Positions 1 through 15,944 are shown, counted from the stretch's first letter. The stretch is 64,000 bases of DNA from Eledone cirrhosa (GCA_964016885.1 OZ024748.1:30008001-30072000); one strand, 5' to 3'. The notes: a model not told the origin generated them from the letters alone. Made by a program: numbers and translations.

Positions 1-149
1 GAAATTATAGAAGTTGACTTGATGGGGGTAATTCTACTGACATGGCTTAAGAGGCTGTTTGCATAATTGGAAACGAATCGAATTATTATCAATATTCGAA
101 AAACTCATATTTACATTTTTTTATATAAATAATATAGAGAGAGAAGCAG

Positions 150-583
150 CGAACTGGCAGCCATTAGAACGTTGGATAGAATGCCTTGTGGTATTTGTTC
201 TGGCTCTCTGCTCTCTGAGTTCAAATCTCACCGAGGTCAACTTTGCCTTTCATCCTTTCGGGGTCGATAAAAAAAAGGACCAGCCTGGTACTGGGGTAGA
301 TTCTTCCTCTATATCTCTTTCTCATTTCCTCTCTCTCCCATTCTATCTTTCTCTCTGGAAGAAATCTGCTGTACTCAGGCCTGGAGAGGGGTGGGCTCTG
401 ACAGGTTTAAAAGTGCCCAAGAAACGCTGTATGTCAATACGGCGCCCCTACGACTCTATCAGGAGTTACGGGACCATACATACATACAATAATGTACCAG
501 TAACACACTGGGGTCGATTTAATTCATTTTCCACCTTCCCCAAAATTGCTGGCTTTGTGCCTAAATCAGAAACCATTATTATT
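150..583 (+). mobile_element. SINE family A copy, interrupted by a ~200-nt insert
   Basis: B-box-like gagttcaaat, central ctttgcctttcatcctttcggggtcgataaa, and tail ccaaaattgctggctttgtgcc..agaaac(att)n. Shared with 4715-4862, 9393-9610 and 9643-9830. Confidence 0.75.
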
Positions 584-965
584 ATAGTTCTTTGTGTTAA
601 GATCCACACATTTTAATTTTTACATTCGTTTATGTTTAATTTTTACACTCATTAAATTAGATACTTGAAAAATTACCTGTCATCCACAACAAGTGGCCAG
701 ATATTATTCTTATCCTTAGCATATTGACTGTAAATGTGCGTGCGGGTCCCAAACTATGGTTCCGCTGTGAGCAGGGCACGCACAGCCAACTGGCTATCTC
801 TTTTCAACCTTATGATTGTGTATCCAATTCTTTAACTAACCCATGTTCATTTGCATAAGAACCTTTGTTAAATTATGTTGCAAACACTAGCTTTATAACG
901 AGGATGCTAGCTTTATTACTAAATATTTTCAAATTCTTGATTATTTCCAATATGATTTGAAAATC

Positions 966-1439
966 ATAGGTTGTATCAAAAAGTTTCCGGACCAGTTCTG
1001 TAGTGCACCAAGAGATGGCAACACATGGTTGTGCATGCTGTGAGAGCTAACAGTGACCTTCATACACCAGTGTGCCGAGTGACATCATTGTGTTCACTTT
1101 GCAAGTTGCGAAATTTGTGGACGAGTGATCTGGAAGACCTGCCACAAGCGTCACCAGATTTAGCATCTGCGAACTACCTTCTCTTCTCTAAGCTGAAAAT
1201 GCAGTTCAAAGGTCACTGTTTTGACACCGTTGCCAAGATCCAGAGTGAACCGCAGAAAGTCCTCAACTCGCTTATAAAAAATAACTTCCAGGCTGGATTC
1301 CAAAAGTGGCAGGAATGCTGGGACAGGTGTATTGCTGCACAAGGTGACTATTTCGAAGGAGATAATATTAAAACTTAGGTAAATATATTATTTTTTTTAA
1401 AGCATAACTAGTGCTGGAACCTTTTAATACCACCTTGTA
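966..1439 (+). mobile_element. Internally deleted mariner transposon relic
   Basis: Peptide SPDLASANYLLFSKLK..GHCF..WQECWDRCIAAQGDYFE is a mariner transposase C-terminus. Imperfect ~30-bp TIRs (aggttgtatcaaaaagtttccggaccagtt / aactagtgctggaaccttttaataccacct). Confidence 0.85.
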
Positions 1440-1556
1440 TCATAAGAAATATGGTAACGAAAGGATTATTTCTGCCATGGTGAAAATATCACCAAAACTG
1501 ACCAATTAGTTTTTGACTCTATTAATGTTTTCATATTTGTTTGATATTTTCTGCAG

Positions 1557-1646
1557 GCCCTGATTTTCCGTGATGGTAACCTAGTATGTGGCTCCCTAGA
1601 GGCCCTCGTTCAACATCTTCTCCCCACAAGAGACTACTATCCAGAT
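1557..1646 (+). CDS. RASGEF1: Coding exon of a RasGEF1-family (RASGEF1A/B/C-like) gene, N-terminal REM domain
   Basis: Acceptor ttttctgcag|, then 90 nt reading ALIFRDGNLVCGSLEALVQHLLPTRDYYPD, then donor |gtaagt. Matches the recalled RASGEF1 motif GSLEALIQHLVPxxDYYPD. Too short for the ORF track. Confidence 0.92.
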
Positions 1647-1699
1647 GTAAGTTATTTCATTTTTTTTATTTTTTTTATACATATCCTTTGAGGATAGGT

Positions 1700-3830
1700 A
1701 CACTCTATCCGTGTATTGTTCTGTCAGTTATGTTTGTATAGAGGCAGCAGGACAGCAAGAAGTTGACTATCAATTCCATACTCCTACAGAACCTTCCACA
1801 GCAGATCCCAAGGAACGTGGTCATATGCCTTTTCAAGGTCGTCAAAACAAGAATATACCTCTTGGCAATACTCCCATGATTTCCTGAAGACTTGCCGCAG
1901 TGTGAATATTTAGTCAGCTGTGATCTGTCCGGGGCAAAAACCACACTGTTCATCAGCTAGCTTGGACTTGACAATCTCCCTGCATCTCTTTGCCAGACAC
2001 TTAACAAGGAGATCCTTCTGTAGTTGGAACAATCTCTCTTGTCTCTCTTTTTGAAAATTGGGATTATCACTCTCGATTGCCATTGCTTAGATGCCCTTCC
2101 AGACATTCAGGCCACCCAGCACACATGAGTCAGCCAGAGAACCCCAGATGTGTTCTTTATAGTAGGTGTGGAAGAGGACTTATTATTATGAAGTCAGTGG
2201 ATGGTCTTCCAGAACACTTTATTTGCTGATCTGAAGTCGGATTTCAGCTTAACCCCAAACTCCTCCTATGTCTTAACTTTGGACATCTTTTCTGTCCCTG
2301 CTGTGATTTTTCATGCCTGCTTGTACTGCAAGTGCAAGAAGGAGGACATATTTTCAAGCTAAGCTTTGTAAGCCTCCTTCTTTGCTCGGATGGTATCTTT
2401 GACCAAGTCTCTTTTGCCCGCAGCATTTAACAGCTGAAGCAGAAACTGCAGCACTGAACAATCTCCATTCTGTCTCAATGTCCTCAGTTTGCTCAGGGAA
2501 TTCTCTGAATTTTGATGCAATAATATCTGCATACCTGGTCCTGACTTCCTTATCCACCAATGCTTCCCACTTTATTCTGTAGGTTGCCTTGGACCTGCCA
2601 GTTTTGTGGGCTTCTTTGGTTTTAGGTAATCTCAGGCTGCAGATACCTAGATGGTGATCAGTTGACAGCTCAGCTCCTCTCTTAACACAAACATCCAACA
2701 CAGAATCGAAGAGATCAGAGACAATAACAAAATCAATTATTGATCTCTGTTCCCAATTCCCCTTATACCATGTATATTTATGGATGTCTCTGCTTGTACT
2801 GAAAAAAGGTGTTCATAGTAGAGTCCATTACGAGAACAGAATTCTAATAAAGCCGTTCCATTTGTATTTAGATCGAGGTTGCCATTCCTTCCAATCACTC
2901 CTTTTCATGTCAGGTGGTTAGTGCCATCATGCGCATTGAAGTTTCTGATCAGGATATATGACTCCGTCTTAACTACATCTAACACTGCAGTGACTTCATA
3001 CAGGAAGGACCTGTATTTGGACTCCTTGTTTGGTGCATAAATTTGCACCACCCACAGAGACTTATCTTTCAGCTGAAGCTTCAAGAGGCTAATCCTCCCT
3101 CCTAACGGGATCCAGTCCATAATACATTCTGACAGCCGGGGGCTTGTAAGAATCCCAACTCCTGCCTGTGCAGTTATTCCTGGTCCCACATTGTGGAGTT
3201 TCTATTCTCCATCCAAATCTACAATATCAGAACTATAGAACTTTGTTAAGGAAACCCTAACTATATCTAGACAGTAACTTCTAGCCTCCTCCACTGATTC
3301 CTGCTCCTTACCTTTAAGTATTGTGATGTTCCAGGTTCTTATTGTCAAGGTTTGCTCCCTTTAGGACCCTCTTTGGATTCTAAGGATATGCAACATTTGT
3401 GCGTCCATCCCACACCTCCTAGGACAGGTCACAGACTCATTGCCAGTTTTTGCAGCATGAAATGGAGACTGCAATATATTTTTCAAACCGGCTCCTTTAC
3501 CTAAGGCCTGGAAGTCCCTTGTTAACCCACACAAAGGACGATGGTTCTTTTTTGTTCCTCTCACCATATTACAGTTGCAGTTTCAGTTGTTTTTTTTCAT
3601 GTCACTTAACAATCTGGTGCTTTGTCACACCTGCGAAGACTAGGCTTTTTTAGAGGCACCCTATACTCACCTCATCAGAGCTAAATCACTGGATTGTGAG
3701 AGTTTTCTGGGGAGCTACAGGTGTCACCCATTGCTCCATCTTCTCTAGTAGTTTACTGCTGTTGATCCAGGGCTGCTTATTTGTCTGGCAGTTACCTGTT
3801 TACAACTAACCATCATATCTGGTGGCTGTG
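1700..3830 (-). mobile_element. Decayed RTE-clade LINE (5' UTR, AP endonuclease, start of RT)
   Basis: Fragmented ORFs with AGVGILTSPRL..VVQIYAPN..FNAH and VKRGAELSTDHHL APE motifs. Multiple stops and frameshifts. The 5' limit is approximate. Confidence 0.85.
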
Positions 3831-4714
3831 TTGCTATCCACCACTTGTGACCCATTTTCTAGCAGAACAGCTCTGCCAAGAAACAAGACTGTTGTTATGA
3901 AATTAGTCATTATTCCAGATTATCTCATTTAAATAACAGACATATTTGGTTGACAATTCTATCATTACTAAAGCCTGATGGCTTTTTCTCTTGCAAATAT
4001 ACACACACACACTCATGTACATGCATTCACCCACTTAACACTTACACACTTATGTACACAATTCACCGAATTACCTCACACACATATATATATGTACACA
4101 CATTAACCTATTTATCTCACACACATGCACACATACATACATTCACCTACTTACCTCACACACACAAATATATGTGCATGCACACACACACACATATGTT
4201 TGTGTGGTTATTCATATCTCTATCTATCTATCTATAATGTCTATGCAGTTATATATATATATATATGTGTGTGTGAGAAAGCGACAGACACATTACTCTT
4301 TAAACCTAAACATTGCATACAGAATTACTGCCGCCAGTGTCTATTGGCCTCACTGTGCACAAGATTTCAATCTACAAGTATGAAAAGACCACCACAAGTC
4401 TGTTATAAAGAAGGAGGAGGTGGTTGTGGTGGTGGAACAGGAATGGAGGGGAGGGGCTGAATGACACACATTCTGTTTTGTAAGCAGTGGCTTGTCTTGT
4501 TTACATAATAATGCCTTGAGAAAATCCAAACTTGTTCAACAATGATTGCTATGTTTGACGTCTTCTTTTCCTTAACACATAGCTTCATTGTGCAATTACA
4601 AAGACCTATATACCTCATTAGTGGGCAACCTTTTCTTCTCTGTTGACTAAAATTTGTTTTTATGGGTGTTAGTGCGTATATATATATAAATATATCATTA
4701 TTATCATCGTAATG

Positions 4715-4862
4715 CTTTGAAGCATAGAGTTACGTCCCTTTATGACCTGAGTTCAAATTCCGCCGAGGTTAACTTTGCCTTTCATCCTTACGGGGGTCGA
4801 TAAAATTAAGTACCAGTAATGTACTGGGTAATTGCTGGCCTTGTGCCAAAAGTAGAAACAAT
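4715..4862 (+). mobile_element. SINE family A copy (partial)
   Basis: gagttcaaattccgccgaggttaactttgcctttcatcc..gtcgataaaattaagtaccag..gctggccttgtgccaaaagtagaaac. Confidence 0.75.
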
Positions 4863-5621
4863 TATCATCGTAATCATCATTTCACATTCATTGTTCCACA
4901 TTTGCATGGGTTAATATGCGTGTGTGTGTGTGTGGGTTGCAGATGAGAGGGTGTTTATATGTGAATGTTACCACCCTTGCAAGCAGGGAAAAGTGGACGT
5001 AAAATGAAATGATGATGATGATGTTACGCTGTAACATCGCGAGGATAAGCCAGTTCAAGCAATCCAAGATTTAATAAGAAAAGATATTCGGAGACTCATA
5101 ATCTTGCTGGTATCGCAACAGAATGGTAATACATGACCAGTGACATATCCCCATGATTGCATAACTACACCTAATGATTGTATGAGCTTCTAATGAAGTC
5201 ACAGAAATAAAGCAATTATGGTGAAGTAACCCCATCCTTACTACTTTTAATTAATATATGTATATATATAACCATCATCATCATCATTTTATTTTGTGGC
5301 CATTTTCTATGCTGACATATATATGTATGTGTATACATGTTCATGTATATGTGCATCTATGTGTGTATGTATGCTTATCTGTAGCATATAGTATGTATAC
5401 AGAGAAATATACAAACAGACATCTGGTTATTACTAAATTTTGTGAAGAATGCAAAGAATTTAGTATTTAACATAGCTGAACATAAGTATGGCGTTTCTAT
5501 ATCTTATTTAATAAGTTTTCTTTCGTAATCTACGTATATATATGCGTGCACCTAATATAACTGCGTACAATTGCCTCCTGTGTTTTGTTTGTTCATTTTC
5601 AACTTTCTCTCCTCTTATATA

Positions 5622-6510
5622 CTAGCTGGGCAATAATCACAATAGTATGCCTTTATTTCAAATTTTTTTTATTCCGTGTCAGACCATATCTTCTCTGAAG
5701 GATAGTCCCCTTGATGAGGACGGATTTCTTTATTAATTTGGATCAGTTTATAATGTTTGTATAAACAATGTTTGTTGTTTTTCTATCTGGTGCATAGATG
5801 TAAAGATTTGTCTGACTTCCTACTCTTGTTTGTCCTTATGATTTGTTGATGGTCATGGCAAAAATAAGACTCACTGGAAATTAGTCTTTTGAATTAAAAT
5901 GGGACATCAGTGGGGATAAGAGGAATTTTTAGAAAGAACACATCCTCTTCCCTACCACATCCTGTTGAAATGGTGGCTTGAATCATGTGTGGATAAATAT
6001 TCTTCACAACCAACCGAGTGCCGTTGCATAGCTTTGGTGGGTTCAAATTCCTCAATAACATGATGGGAGCTCCTTCTTTAAGGGGAAAGACATGTGGAGG
6101 CATTCCTGGGGGTTCTAAAGAGTTGAGGAACTCTGTCGGTTAATTGGCAGCTTCCGACTGTTCCACCACAGTGTTGACAGATTGATAGTTTCTAAACCTT
6201 TGGAATTCTTTTTAGCATCTCTTCATTTACCAGTTTCATAGTCACATTTTTCAGGGCCAATATAGCCCTTTCACTGAGCCACTTGTAACTTGTGAAGTGA
6301 TATTGAAGATTAGGGAACAGTTTTTCTATGAGATGGGACTTATATCAATAGCTCCCTTTCTATCTACAGGAAGTCTTCCGTCCCCAAACATTAATAGATT
6401 CTGGGTGAATTGCTCTGATTGTTTGTCTCCACCAAAACATTTCCCCATGTTTGTAGCAAGCTTCAAAACTTTGAATGAAGTCCAAAGTGTCAATTTCTTT
6501 TCAAACAGAC
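5622..6510 (-). mobile_element. Helitron fragment (PIF1-like helicase C-terminal part, pseudogenised)
   Basis: [43 protein letters not shown] followed by FAMTINKS. Minus-strand CTAG|T at 5625-5621 fits a Helitron 3' end. Confidence 0.85.
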
Positions 6511-7039
6511 TACCACTATCACTACTACCACCATCACCACTACTGCCACTACCACCATAGAAGATATAGAAAGAGAGTGAGAGAGTGTGATATAGATATA
6601 TGCAGAGGGGAAACGCATAAAATACAGAGACAGATAGATATATAGAGAGATGAAGTTGATTTATATCTCATAAAAATTACATTTTTGACAACTAACAACC
6701 CTAACCTCCCTTGACCTCTTCTAAAACTACTACAATGCTCTTTACAGCTTGCTAGCCAAATCAGCATGACACAATATGTCACAAGGCTGGACCTTTAAAT
6801 TGGGTAGATAGACACATTGTGGTAGTCCATCTGATGGGCTACATAATGTTTCCATCTGCCCTATTTTACTCACACAGCTTGGGTCAACCCGAGGCAACAG
6901 TAAAGATACTTGCCTAAGATATAGATCACTTATGTATCAATATTATATTTGGTATATTAAGAAATATCTTCCAATCCTCCTTTACTCTTTCCTTTTTTTC
7001 TCTTTCATTCTACTTACCCTTTTCTCTTCATTTAATTTC

Positions 7040-7386
7040 CATCATCATCATCATCATCATTATTTTACGTCCACTTTTCCCTGCTTGCAAGGGTGGGACG
7101 GGAACTGATTCTGGCTTGATTTCTACAGCTGGATGCCCTTCCTAACACCAACCACATTTACAGTGTGGGCTGAGTGCTTTTCTTTTCCTTGGCACCTCCA
7201 CGACCACTTTGCAGTGGAATGATATGGACCCCAGTCCCTATCATCTCAATTCTACAGCTGAGTAAACTGGAGCAATGTGAAATAAAGTGTCTTGCTCAAG
7301 GAAACAACACATCACCCGGTCTGAGAATTGAACTCACAACCTTTCGATTGCAAGGCCAATGCTCTAACCACTAAGCCATGTGCCTC
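7040..7386 (-). mobile_element. tRNA-derived SINE family B with RTE-derived 3' tail and (ATG)n
   Basis: Reverse complement of the 27186 and 56066 copies. A box tggcttagtgg, B box gagttcaattc. Confidence 0.9.
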
Positions 7387-7670
7387 TATATCTATGTTAT
7401 CTTCTTATGACTTCTTCCTCATCCCTCTCATTCCTCTTACCCTCATCTTCGTTCTCCCCCTTTCTATCCACTCCACTCCCCACCTTACATCTCTCTCACC
7501 CCCAACCCTCACTTAAATCTATGACTAAATTTGTTGAGATTTCAGTTTTAAAAAGGTCTCCAATATTTACTAAACACTTAGCCCTTCCCCTCATTGTCAG
7601 TTTCGTCTTTCATATATTTTTTTACATTTAATAGAACTTTTTTATATAACTTTATATAATTTCTAATTTA

Positions 7671-7837
7671 CCTTATTTCCCGGCATCGAAGACGCTACTT
7701 TTTCCTAAAATAAGTCTTAAATATCTGCCATGTGTCCTGGAGGCCGAAGGTTGTTTATTATTCTTTTTCAAATTTTTGGTTGTCAAAATTAGGGTGCATC
7801 CTCGAGGACAAAGCGTCTTCGGTGCTGGGAAATACGG
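7671..7837. mobile_element. Tc1/mariner-pogo type MITE
   Basis: TIRs ccttatttcccggcatcgaagacgct / agcgtcttcggtgctgggaaatacgg, with TA on both flanks. Confidence 0.75.
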
Positions 7838-8181
7838 TAATTTTATATTATCAATTTTTTATTTTTTATTTTATTTTTCTTTCCCCTCATCTCTTTTCAT
7901 CCCTCACCTCCTTCACTACAGTTACTATCATTATTGTCAAGAATCTTCAGCTACTTCAAGGCCAATACAACCTATGTATTGGTGGTGCCATGATAACATG
8001 CACTGAGTACACTCAGTAAAGTAGTTAGTATTCAGAAGGACATGCAGCCATACAAACCATGCCAAATAAGGGTAGAGTTGGCTCATTTTATAATACTGTA
8101 GGGACAAGTTTCCCGTATGCTTATTTTAAAAAAAAATGCACATAAAAATACAAATTACTAGTGTAATTGGATGAAAATTAA

Positions 8182-8715
8182 CCCTTTCATTACTGTAATT
8201 TCTAATGAAAAATAATATACACCCTATGTATTTTAGTTAATTTTGAAAATAACCAGAAATTTGGAAGAATTTAATTAAATAACTAAGTTTTTCATTAGTA
8301 AGCCAATATTTAGAACATAACTTCATCTTTGCTCAATTATTCCTGAAAGGGTCTTGTCATAAGCAACCATCTCCAATTGATCCGTGTAAATCCCCAAGCG
8401 TGACCAGCTGACCTCTTGGATATTATCCAAACATTTTGGTTATTTTTGGCTGGTTATATTTGCCCATAAAATCTGTCCAGTAGTTCTTTCATGAGACATT
8501 GTAACCACATGCCTGTAATTACTTAACAAAAGTTTTCTAAAACAAAATTATGATTAATAATGATTAAATATGATTAAATATGATTAATAATGATTAATAA
8601 TGATTAAATATGATTAAAAAGTTTTCTAAAACAAAATTAATATAAATATTTTAAAATGAACAATTGTGTCTCATAAATCCATTGTGGTTTCAGGCAGGGT
8701 TTGGTATTAAAAGGG
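8182..8715. mobile_element. Possible TTAA-flanked (piggyBac-type) non-autonomous element
   Basis: ttaa|ccctttc ... aaaggg|ttaa ends. Internal short (atgattaata/atgattaaat) tandem at ~8550-8615. The TIR is short, so support is weak. Confidence 0.4.
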
Positions 8716-9392
8716 TTAACAATTTTAAATTATAAACAAATTAGTATTTTTTTAATCAACATTGAAAGGGCTTAGGGACTTTAAATCACAGCAAAGTAAA
8801 GGTGGGTAACAGAGGAAGGGGGCTGCCACCCCTCCCCCTCGTTTAGTAATCTTACGACTTTCATCCAGTTTCTCTGAGTTAATCCATCTGACTGACTCAG
8901 TGGACGAATTATAAGTTTTGACTGTCAGCATTTTAAATCTGTCAACTAGATTAGGGATTTAAATCTTTATTATATTCATACTGATGTTGATGATGATTGT
9001 GATAAGAATGAGGATGATGATAAATGATGACTGTGATGATGACAATGCTAATGAGATGGTGATAAATTGTGATCATGATGAGGATGATGAGGATTGTGAT
9101 GAAGATGAGGATGATGGTGAGAATGATGATGATGATTAGAAGATGAAACGAATCATAAATTAAGTTACTATCTTACTAATGAAATAATCATTTTAGTAAA
9201 TCCCTCAAAAGTCTTCACTAATTAATTAGAAAAATGGTCAGAAAAAGATTTAGTGTATATCTCATTAGAACTAAGGTCAGAATAGGGTTAAAGGAAAAAG
9301 CAAATTTTCTATATTGGACCAAAGAAACAATGTTTCCATTGGCCCTTCCATTGCTAATATTATCTCTCCATTGTAACTCCTATATTTATAAT

Positions 9393-9830
9393 AGTTTTTG
9401 ATTTGGGCACAAGGTCAACAATTTGGAGGGAGGGTAAAGTCGATTAAATCAACACCAGTGCATTACTGGTACTTTTATTTTATTGACCCCATAAGGATGA
9501 AAGGCAAAGCTAACCTTGGCAGGATTTAAACTCAGAACGTAAACGGTAGCAACTCTATGCTGTGTTGCATGTTTGTCCGCTGTTCTACTTATACTACCAA
9601 TTCACCGACCTAACTCCTGTATTTATCAGGTTATAGAAATAATTGTTTCTACTTTTGGCACAAGGCCAGCAATTACTCAGTGCATTACTGGTACTTTATT
9701 TTATCGACCCCATAAGGATGAAAGGCAAAGTTAACCTCGGCGCGATTTGAACTCAGATCATACAGGGAGGTAACTCTATGCTTCAAAGCATGGCGTCCAA
9801 CCCTCTACCGATACTGCCAATCCACCGCAG
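9393..9830 (-). mobile_element. Two adjacent SINE family A copies
   Basis: Two reverse-complement matches to the family A core (ttatcgacccc..aggatgaaaggcaaag..tttgaactc) at ~9393-9610 and ~9643-9830. Confidence 0.8.
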
Positions 9831-10288
9831 GAGGGGGAATATGATGGAAATGGAGTGAAATGAAGATGTTAAAAATATCCCCTTTCTGTAGAAGTGAACT
9901 AAATATAGGGTTATAATTACAGTTTCTTCTTCCTGGAGACCACACCCTTTTTGGGATACATTATTTCACCTTGCACCATATACATCATTACTGAAAAAAG
10001 GGGGTATCTTCATTTAAATAGGTGTTAAAGGGTTTCTTAATTATCCTTATCAGCAATGCATGGCAGGGAGGCTGTTTTGAAGGGGGATGAGGAAGGTGAG
10101 GGCTAAATTCCTTTTTTAAAATTTTTTTTTTTATACAAGACTTCTTCATATTGCGCAAAGATAGTGGGGACTGGAGCGGCGGGGGTTAATGGAAATCTGA
10201 GAGTAAGTGAAGCAATGCTAGTTGTGGAATCTCACTTTCCTTATATCTTTCTTAATCTCTCTCTATATATATATATATGTAATATATA

Positions 10289-10470
10289 TCATCATCATCG
10301 TTTAATGTCCATCTTCCACGCTAACATGGGTTGGACGGGTTTGTCCCACTTGAGGCAAGATTGGTCAGGTGACTGTGTCTCACTTGTACAGAACTGTTTC
10401 TGACCGGTTTTCTACGGCTGGATGTCCTTCCTAACACCAACCACGTTCGCAGTGTGGACTGGGAGCTTTT
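10289..10470 (-). mobile_element. 3' fragment of an RTE-tailed SINE/LINE
   Basis: (cat)n-cgtttaatgtcc tail plus ttttctacggctggatgtccttcctaacaccaacc body. Confidence 0.7.
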
Positions 10471-10551
10471 TATCATTTCGGATATGTTATTTCACCCTGC
10501 ACCATACACATCAATACTGAAAATATATATTATGTATATATAAGCAATAAT

Positions 10552-10595
<44 letters not shown>

Positions 10596-10636
10596 TAAGG
10601 AACAAGGATTAAGTGTAACATCATACCATATTTAAT

Positions 10637-10719
10637 AACATATTACATATGTTTCTCTATTGATCAGCTCAAGCCAAGTTTGAACCTGACTCTGTAATCA
10701 AAAGTTTGTCAGATATGTT
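10637..10719 (-). ncRNA. Type I hammerhead-like motif in a ~130-nt solo island
   Basis: Minus strand: aacatat-CTGACAA-long stem II-GAAA-catatg-TA|atatgtt. 7-bp stem I, palindromic stem III, GUA site. The G8A change may inactivate it. Confidence 0.7.
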
Positions 10720-10743
10720 TATATATATATGTATATATATATG

Positions 10744-10818
<75 letters not shown>

Positions 10819-10881
10819 GTATATATATATATATGTATATATATGTATATATATATATATGTATATATATGTATATATATG

Positions 10882-10952
<71 letters not shown>

Positions 10953-11075
10953 ATGTATATGTATAAATATATGTATATATATATATATATGTATATATGT
11001 ATATATATATATATGTATATATATGTATATATATGTATATATATATATGTATATATATATATGTATATATATATG

Positions 11076-11110
<35 letters not shown>

Positions 11111-11144
11111 GTATATATATATGTATATATGTATATATATGTAT

Positions 11145-11218
<74 letters not shown>

Positions 11219-11247
11219 GTATATATATATGTATGTATATATATATG

Positions 11248-11282
<35 letters not shown>

Positions 11283-11329
11283 GTATATATATATATGTAT
11301 ATATATATATGTATATATATACATATATA

Positions 11330-11362
<33 letters not shown>

Positions 11363-11504
11363 ATATATATGTATGTATATATGTATATATATATGTATAT
11401 ATATATGTATATATATATGTATATATATATGTATATATATATGTATATATATATATATGTATATATATATGTATATATATATGTATATATATATATGTAT
11501 ATAT

Positions 11505-11537
<33 letters not shown>

Positions 11538-11705
11538 TATATATATGTATATATATATATGTATATATATATGTGTATATATATATGTATATATATATAT
11601 GTATATATATATATGTATATATATATATGTATATATATATATGTATATATATATATGTATATATATATATGTATATATATATATGTATATATATATATGT
11701 ATATA

Positions 11706-11750
<45 letters not shown>

Positions 11751-12015
11751 GTATATATATATGTATATGTATATATATATGTATATATATATATATGTGT
11801 GTATATATATATATATATGTATATATATGTATATATATATATGTGTGTATGTATATATATATATGTGTGTATATATATATATATATGTATATGTATATAT
11901 ATATGTGTGTATATATATATATATGTATATATATGTATATATATATATATGTATATATATATATGTATATATATGTATATATATATATATGTATATGTAT
12001 ATATATATATGTATA

Positions 12016-12064
<49 letters not shown>

Positions 12065-12071
12065 GTATATA

Positions 12072-12120
<49 letters not shown>

Positions 12121-12208
12121 GTATATATATATATATATATGTGTGTGTATATATATATGTATATATATATATGTGTGTATATATATATGTATATATGTAT
12201 ATGTATAT

Positions 12209-12240
<32 letters not shown>

Positions 12241-12353
12241 GTATATATATGTATATGTATATGTATATATATATATGTATATATATATGTATATATATAT
12301 GTATATATATATATATATATATGTATATGTATATATATATGTATATATATATG

Positions 12354-12413
<60 letters not shown>

Positions 12414-12425
12414 TGTATATATATG

Positions 12426-12456
<31 letters not shown>

Positions 12457-12565
12457 GTATATATATATATGTATATATATATATGTATATATATATATGT
12501 ATATATATATGTATATATATATATATGTATATATATATATGTATATATATATGTATATATATATG

Positions 12566-12620
<55 letters not shown>

Positions 12621-12624
12621 GTAT

Positions 12625-12680
<56 letters not shown>

Positions 12681-12684
12681 GTAT

Positions 12685-12740
<56 letters not shown>

Positions 12741-13077
12741 GTATATGTATATATATATATATGTATATATATGTATATATATATATATATGTATATATAT
12801 GTATATATATATATGTATATGTATATATATGTATATATATATATATATGTATATATATGTATATGTATATATATGTATATATATGTATATATGTATATGT
12901 ATATATATGTATATATGTATATATATATATATGTATATATATGTATATATATATATATGTGTGTATATATATGTATATATATATATATGTATACATATAT
13001 ATGTATATATATATATATGTATATATATATGTGTGTATATATATGTATATATATATATATATGTATACATATATATG

Positions 13078-13128
<51 letters not shown>

Positions 13129-13153
13129 GTATATATATATGTATATATATATG

Positions 13154-13184
<31 letters not shown>

Positions 13185-13259
13185 GTATGTATATGTATAT
13201 ATATATATATATGTATATATATATGTATGTATATATATATATATATGTATATATATATG

Positions 13260-13318
<59 letters not shown>

Positions 13319-13435
13319 GTATATATGTATATATATGTATATATATATGTATATATATATGTATATATATGTATATATATATGTATATATATATGTATAT
13401 ATATGTATATATATATGTATATATATATGTATATA

Positions 13436-13512
<77 letters not shown>

Positions 13513-13515
13513 GTA

Positions 13516-13558
<43 letters not shown>

Positions 13559-13567
13559 GTATATATG

Positions 13568-13598
<31 letters not shown>

Positions 13599-13770
13599 TT
13601 TGAGTTTATGTTGGTTGTATACCAACACCTCAGTATGCAGGCTGGAGCACTCGACGAAGTGCGCAGGTTGGTTTGTATGTATATATATGTATATATATAT
13701 GTATATATGTATATATATATGTATATATATATGTATATATATATATGTATATATATGTATATATATATGT

Positions 13771-13854
<84 letters not shown>

Positions 13855-14021
13855 GTATGTATATATATATATATGTATATATATATGTATATATATATAT
13901 ATGTATATTTATGTATGTATATATGTATGTATATATATATATGTATATGTATATATATGTATATTTATATATATGTATATATATGTATGTATATGTATAT
14001 ATATGTATGTATATGTATATG

Positions 14022-14054
<33 letters not shown>

Positions 14055-14657
14055 GTATATATATATATATGTATATATATGTATATGTATATATATGTAT
14101 GTATATATATATGTATGTATATATATATATATGTATGTATATATATATATATGTATGTATATATATATATGTATGTATATATATATATGTATATATATGT
14201 ATATATATGTATATATATGTATGTATATATGTATATATATGTATGTATATGTATATATGTATATATATGTATATGTATATGTATATATGTATATATATGT
14301 ATATGTATATGTATATATATGTATATGTAGATATATGTATATGTATATATATGTATATATATGTATATGTATGTATATGTATATGTTTATATATGTATAT
14401 ATATATGTATATATATATATGTATATATATATATGTATATATATATATGTATATATATATGTATATATATATATATGTATATATATATGTATATATATAT
14501 ATGTATATATATATGTATATGTATATATATATGTATATATATATATATGTGTGTATATATATATATATATGTATATATATGTATATATATATATGTGTGT
14601 ATGTATATATATATATGTGTGTATATATATATATATATGTATATGTATATATATATG

Positions 14658-14688
<31 letters not shown>

Positions 14689-14731
14689 ATGTATATATAT
14701 ATATATGTATATATATATATGTATATATATG

Positions 14732-14762
<31 letters not shown>

Positions 14763-14795
14763 GTATATATATATATGTATATATATATATGTATA

Positions 14796-14844
<49 letters not shown>

Positions 14845-14851
14845 GTATATA

Positions 14852-14898
<47 letters not shown>

Positions 14899-14982
14899 GT
14901 ATATATATATATATATGTGTGTATATATATATGTATATATATATATGTGTGTATATATATATGTATATATGTATATGTATAT

Positions 14983-15014
<32 letters not shown>

Positions 15015-15227
15015 GTATATATATGTATATGTATATGTATATATATATATGTATATATATATGTATATATATATATATATGTATGTATATGTATATATAT
15101 ATGTATATATATATGTATATATATATATGTATATGTATATGTATATATATATATGTATATCTATATGTATATATATATGTATATATATATATATATATAT
15201 ATGTATATGTATATATATATGTATATA

Positions 15228-15314
<87 letters not shown>

Positions 15315-15369
15315 GTATATATATATATGTATATATATATATGTATATATATATATGTATATATATATG

Positions 15370-15447
<78 letters not shown>

Positions 15448-15493
15448 TGTATATGTATATATATGTATATATATATATATATGTATATATATG

Positions 15494-15547
<54 letters not shown>

Positions 15548-15753
15548 TGTATATGTATATATATGTATATATATATATATATATGTATATGTATATATAT
15601 GTATATATATATATATATATGTATATGTATATATATGTATATATATATATATATGTATATATATGTATATATATATATATATATGTATATATATGTATAT
15701 ATATATATATATGTGTGTATATATATGTATATATATATATATATGTATACATA

Positions 15754-15794
<41 letters not shown>

Positions 15795-15897
15795 GTATAT
15801 ATATATGTATATATATATGTATATATATATGTATATATATATGTATATATATATGTATATATATATGTATATATATATATGTATATATATATGTATG

Positions 15898-15944
<47 letters not shown>

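Noticed and set aside
59-616. 185-aa ORF at the window start
   Set aside because: Runs through a SINE and a low-complexity insert. No recognisable domain.
3672-3678. CTGATGA on the minus strand in the RTE 5' region
   Set aside because: No stem II-GAAA-stem III-NUH arrangement follows.
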